A DNA stretch of 64,000 nucleotides, taken from positions 3,946 to 67,945 of the forward strand of contig NIVC01001067.1 of the NCBI GenBank assembly GCA_002269645.1. Reading direction: 5' to 3'. Below the pieces are notes generated by a model that ran no database searches, had not been told where the DNA came from, and saw only the letters and a program-made list of their open reading frames with translations. The DNA is from Macrostomum lignano. Taxonomy: Eukaryota. The position numbers and the translations under genes were made by a program. Positions 60,972-64,000 of the stretch are shown here, piece by piece; position 1 is the first letter of the stretch; each line of letters opens with the position of its first letter.

Positions 60972-63678
60972 CATTCGGCTGTTTCGATACATATCGGCGA
61001 AGGTTTTTTATTTTTTTACTTTAAATTGTCATTGTTACGTAATCTTTTCGTATCCTGATGCTGATCTAAAGCTGATCTGTTGTATAGTGCATCTAACGTC
61101 TTCAATTACCTTGTTGCACATCACTGTTCGAATTTTTATTCTTAATTAACAGAAGTTTCAATAATACTCATTGTTCGTGCACGCAGTTATACTCGTGGAT
61201 TTTTTAGCTTTTTTAGCCAATGTAAATTTTATTGTCAATTGGCACCATGGAGGAAAGAATAGAATGGAGTGCTAATCTGAACCAGTTATTTTTGTCTCGC
61301 TTGATCTTAAATTTTAACACCCCTTCCCCCCCCCGCCGTTCTTTCCTATTTGCTCCTGACTGCCATAGACAAAGTCGTTTTCGTCTCGTTTTCGGCTATA
61401 TTGTATTGTACTGTGATTTAGTCCACGCTTGTGCATGTTGGGGTGGCTGAAATAAATCGATTAACTGGCCGACCCTCAGCCCCCCACCACGCTTACTCCT
61501 CCGACCTCCCCCCCCAACGCGAGGAGAGCCCCACTTTGTATCATCAGCTATTATTCCTAATGTACATTAGTCTTTGCGTGCGCGCGTTGGGTTGAGGTTG
61601 CTTAACTTATCGATTAACTGGCCGACCCTCAGCCCCCTCCTACAACCGCTGTTTCCCCAAACCAGCTTAGTTATTTTAGCTGATGTACATTAATTAGTCT
61701 ACGAAGTAAGAGTGTGCCAGACATTTGAGGATGTGTGGACTAAATTTATCGATTAACTGCCGAACCCCTCATTCCGCAATCCACCACTCACTCCTTTCAC
61801 AGCAGCACTCCAAAACAGCCCTAAGTTTTATGACTCAGCGGTAGATTATGATAACTCATTTTTGAAGTATGATTGTTTTAAATTTGTATAGCACGATTGA
61901 AAATAAAGCGTTCTTTTTTAAGCTGAGTCATTTAGGCTTAGCCTGTCTCAAAGAGTGAACTTTTTAATTTTCGACTCGGTAGTTTTTAGTTTCATTATTA
62001 TTCATTACGTTTTTATTTTCTTCACAAGCCCGACTTATTGCTCGTAATCGTTCGATCACTCTTGCCCAGTTTTATTGCTGTATTGGCGGTTAATATTAAC
62101 TCATTTTTATAGTTATTACGGCGGCTACTGTCTTAAAGCAGTTTATTTTCATTGTACAAAAATATATGATGGCCAATAATTTTGTAATTCACTTTAAGCA
62201 ATTTTTATCAATCAAAGTTGCTGATGACTTTTTTGCCACTAAGACATTTAACTAATACCTAGATTTTTATTGCTATACTCAACTGTTATTTCTTTAACGA
62301 GATGACTAAATTACTACTACTAGTCACTACACTAGTCAGCCAAGAAATTAATCCTTAACCATGTCTAAGTCTCGGCCAAAAACCTTCGTCCCCCAGAGGG
62401 CCGATTTCAGTTTTAAATAGCAAACTATTCGATGTAAACATCTGATGATTCTTTACGAAGGACGTCTCGTGATGGTAAAGCAAATTTATAAAAGTTCGCA
62501 TGGTATGTGTTCAGAATAGCGAGTTTTATGAAACCGTTTACAATGACTAAATTGTTTTTAAATATAATTTTTTCTCTCTGTCGCTTCTATGTTCGAAGAA
62601 TCTCGTCTATTTAGTAATGGTTCATGGTTAAAACTCGCGTGCAAACTACAAAATGAGCATCCTAAAAAAGCTTTTGATGACGCCACTCAAACCTGCACGC
62701 CCCGCGGCCCTGCAAATTAGGGTCTCAAAAAAAAAACAGAAAAAAACTGCGTCTGGGATTATTTGTTTTGAGTTTTTCTTCTGCTCTGGTATTGCGCTGC
62801 ATCGACTCGAGATAGAATTAATAAGCATTGCACTGGATCTTCATGAAGAGAAAATTTGTACCATTTGAAGCGGTGTAATTCAACAGCGGTGTATGCAGTG
62901 TAGAGGTGAACTAAATTTTAGATGTGCGTGTAGCTGCGTTTTGTGACTGACGAAAGAACGGCAGTCGAAACAACTATAATGAACGCATTGTATACCTACT
63001 CGTAACGTTTCTGTACATATGAATAGACTGTACCAAAACAATAAAAAAAGCTTCAAGCAGACATTCGACATCATATTTCTTTTGCAGCCAGACGAAAAAC
63101 AAGAAAGTAAGTGCATTAATTCTGTTGTAAGACAAAAATAGTTAATATGTTTGAGACCTGTGCATGTATCAGTTCATTTTTTCGTATTTGCATGTAATAT
63201 TTTCTATTTGGTTTGCTTCGTTGATTTTGATTAATTTGATTTGAAATTTGATTTGAGTTGATTTTTGTTATGAACTCCATTTTCAATTGCATGTGGATAT
63301 AAATTTTTATCTTCATTCGAAACTACAGTTTAATTGTCTAGCTCGCTGCTTACTGCCTAAACTTGAAAGAGCTATTTCTTTCTTTCTTTAACTTTCTTTG
63401 ACTTTCTTTAACAAAAATTTCCTATTTGTCTGAAACTTGACCTGAAGAGGCATAAACACGCATTGTGATTTCTAGCTTCAAGACACCAAAATTAGCTACT
63501 CTAGAAACTATTTAAAAAACCTTCTAGCTAGCTTCTTGCAATGGCTGCTTTCCGTGCAATTTTCAGTTTTGAGCTACGTGCAATTTAATTCAACTAAACT
63601 TCGTCATCAATTCCATCCTAAATCCAGAGGGAAAAATCAAGGAAAAATAAACTAAATTGGAGCCGAGAAGCTGAGGTA

Positions 63679-64000
63679 ATGGAGCCTCCGCTTTACGAAG
63701 AGGTGCAGTTGCTTCACGAGACGTACGATTGTCCTGAGGAGCGCGATGAGCATTGTATAGTGGCAGCAAAAACTGCTGCAGAAAGAAATGAATGGGAAAA
63801 AGTAAAAGGCCTAGTTCAATCAGTCTCAAACATCAAGAACAGGGATCAGTGCCACAAAGACCTAGCTAAATCGGCTGCTTTCAAAGGGATCGTAGATGCT
63901 GTGAAGTTTCTTGTTTTAGGAATCTCAGACAAAAATGTGAGAGATCAGTGCTGCAGAGAGGCTGCGAGTTCTGCCGCAGCCCGAGGTCATATAGAAATCG
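63679..64000 (+). CDS. 5' part of a divergent ankyrin-like repeat protein (runs off the window; absent from the ORF track because it has no stop)
   Basis: Open from ATG 63679 to the end. Three consecutive 33-aa repeats: RDEHCIVAAKTAAERNEWEKVKGLVQSVSNIKN, RDQCHKDLAKSAAFKGIVDAVKFLVLGISDKNV and RDQCCREAASSAAARGHIEI, carrying the AAxxGHxEIVKFL ankyrin core. Confidence 0.75.
   Translation, partial: MEPPLYEEVQLLHETYDCPEERDEHCIVAAKTAAERNEWEKVKGLVQSVSNIKNRDQCHKDLAKSAAFKGIVDAVKFLVLGISDKNVRDQCCREAASSAAARGHIEI

Overview
Eukaryotic (metazoan), gene-dense, intron-containing DNA using the standard code. GC-rich exons, introns packed with tandem repeats and long (GACA)n/(GATA)n tracts resemble a free-living flatworm such as Macrostomum; the taxon is an inference. 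I rebuilt six conserved genes exon by exon with GT-AG junctions and consistent phases. Minus strand: an F-BAR/RhoGAP of the ARHGAP29/45/GMIP family (5' end incomplete), NUDCD1 and FBXL2/20. Plus strand: SGTA, ARFRP1 and a sphingosine kinase. An ankyrin-like repeat ORF missing from the supplied track starts at 63679 and runs off the window. Mobile DNA comprises a mariner-type MITE with ~220-bp TIRs, two non-autonomous elements with 8-bp TSDs, a decayed mariner transposase fragment and tRNA-derived SINEs. Most long ORFs in the track are artefacts of tandem repeats. I found no CRISPR array, rRNA or intact tRNA. The best leads are: nearly every long intron holds its own minisatellite; a 3.1-kb CpG desert; a minisatellite foldback downstream of FBXL2/20; operon-like same-strand clusters with acceptors just before the ATG; two candidate unannotated spliced plus-strand genes; and a possible hydrophobic tail on SGTA that may be an assembly indel. 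All counts were made by eye.
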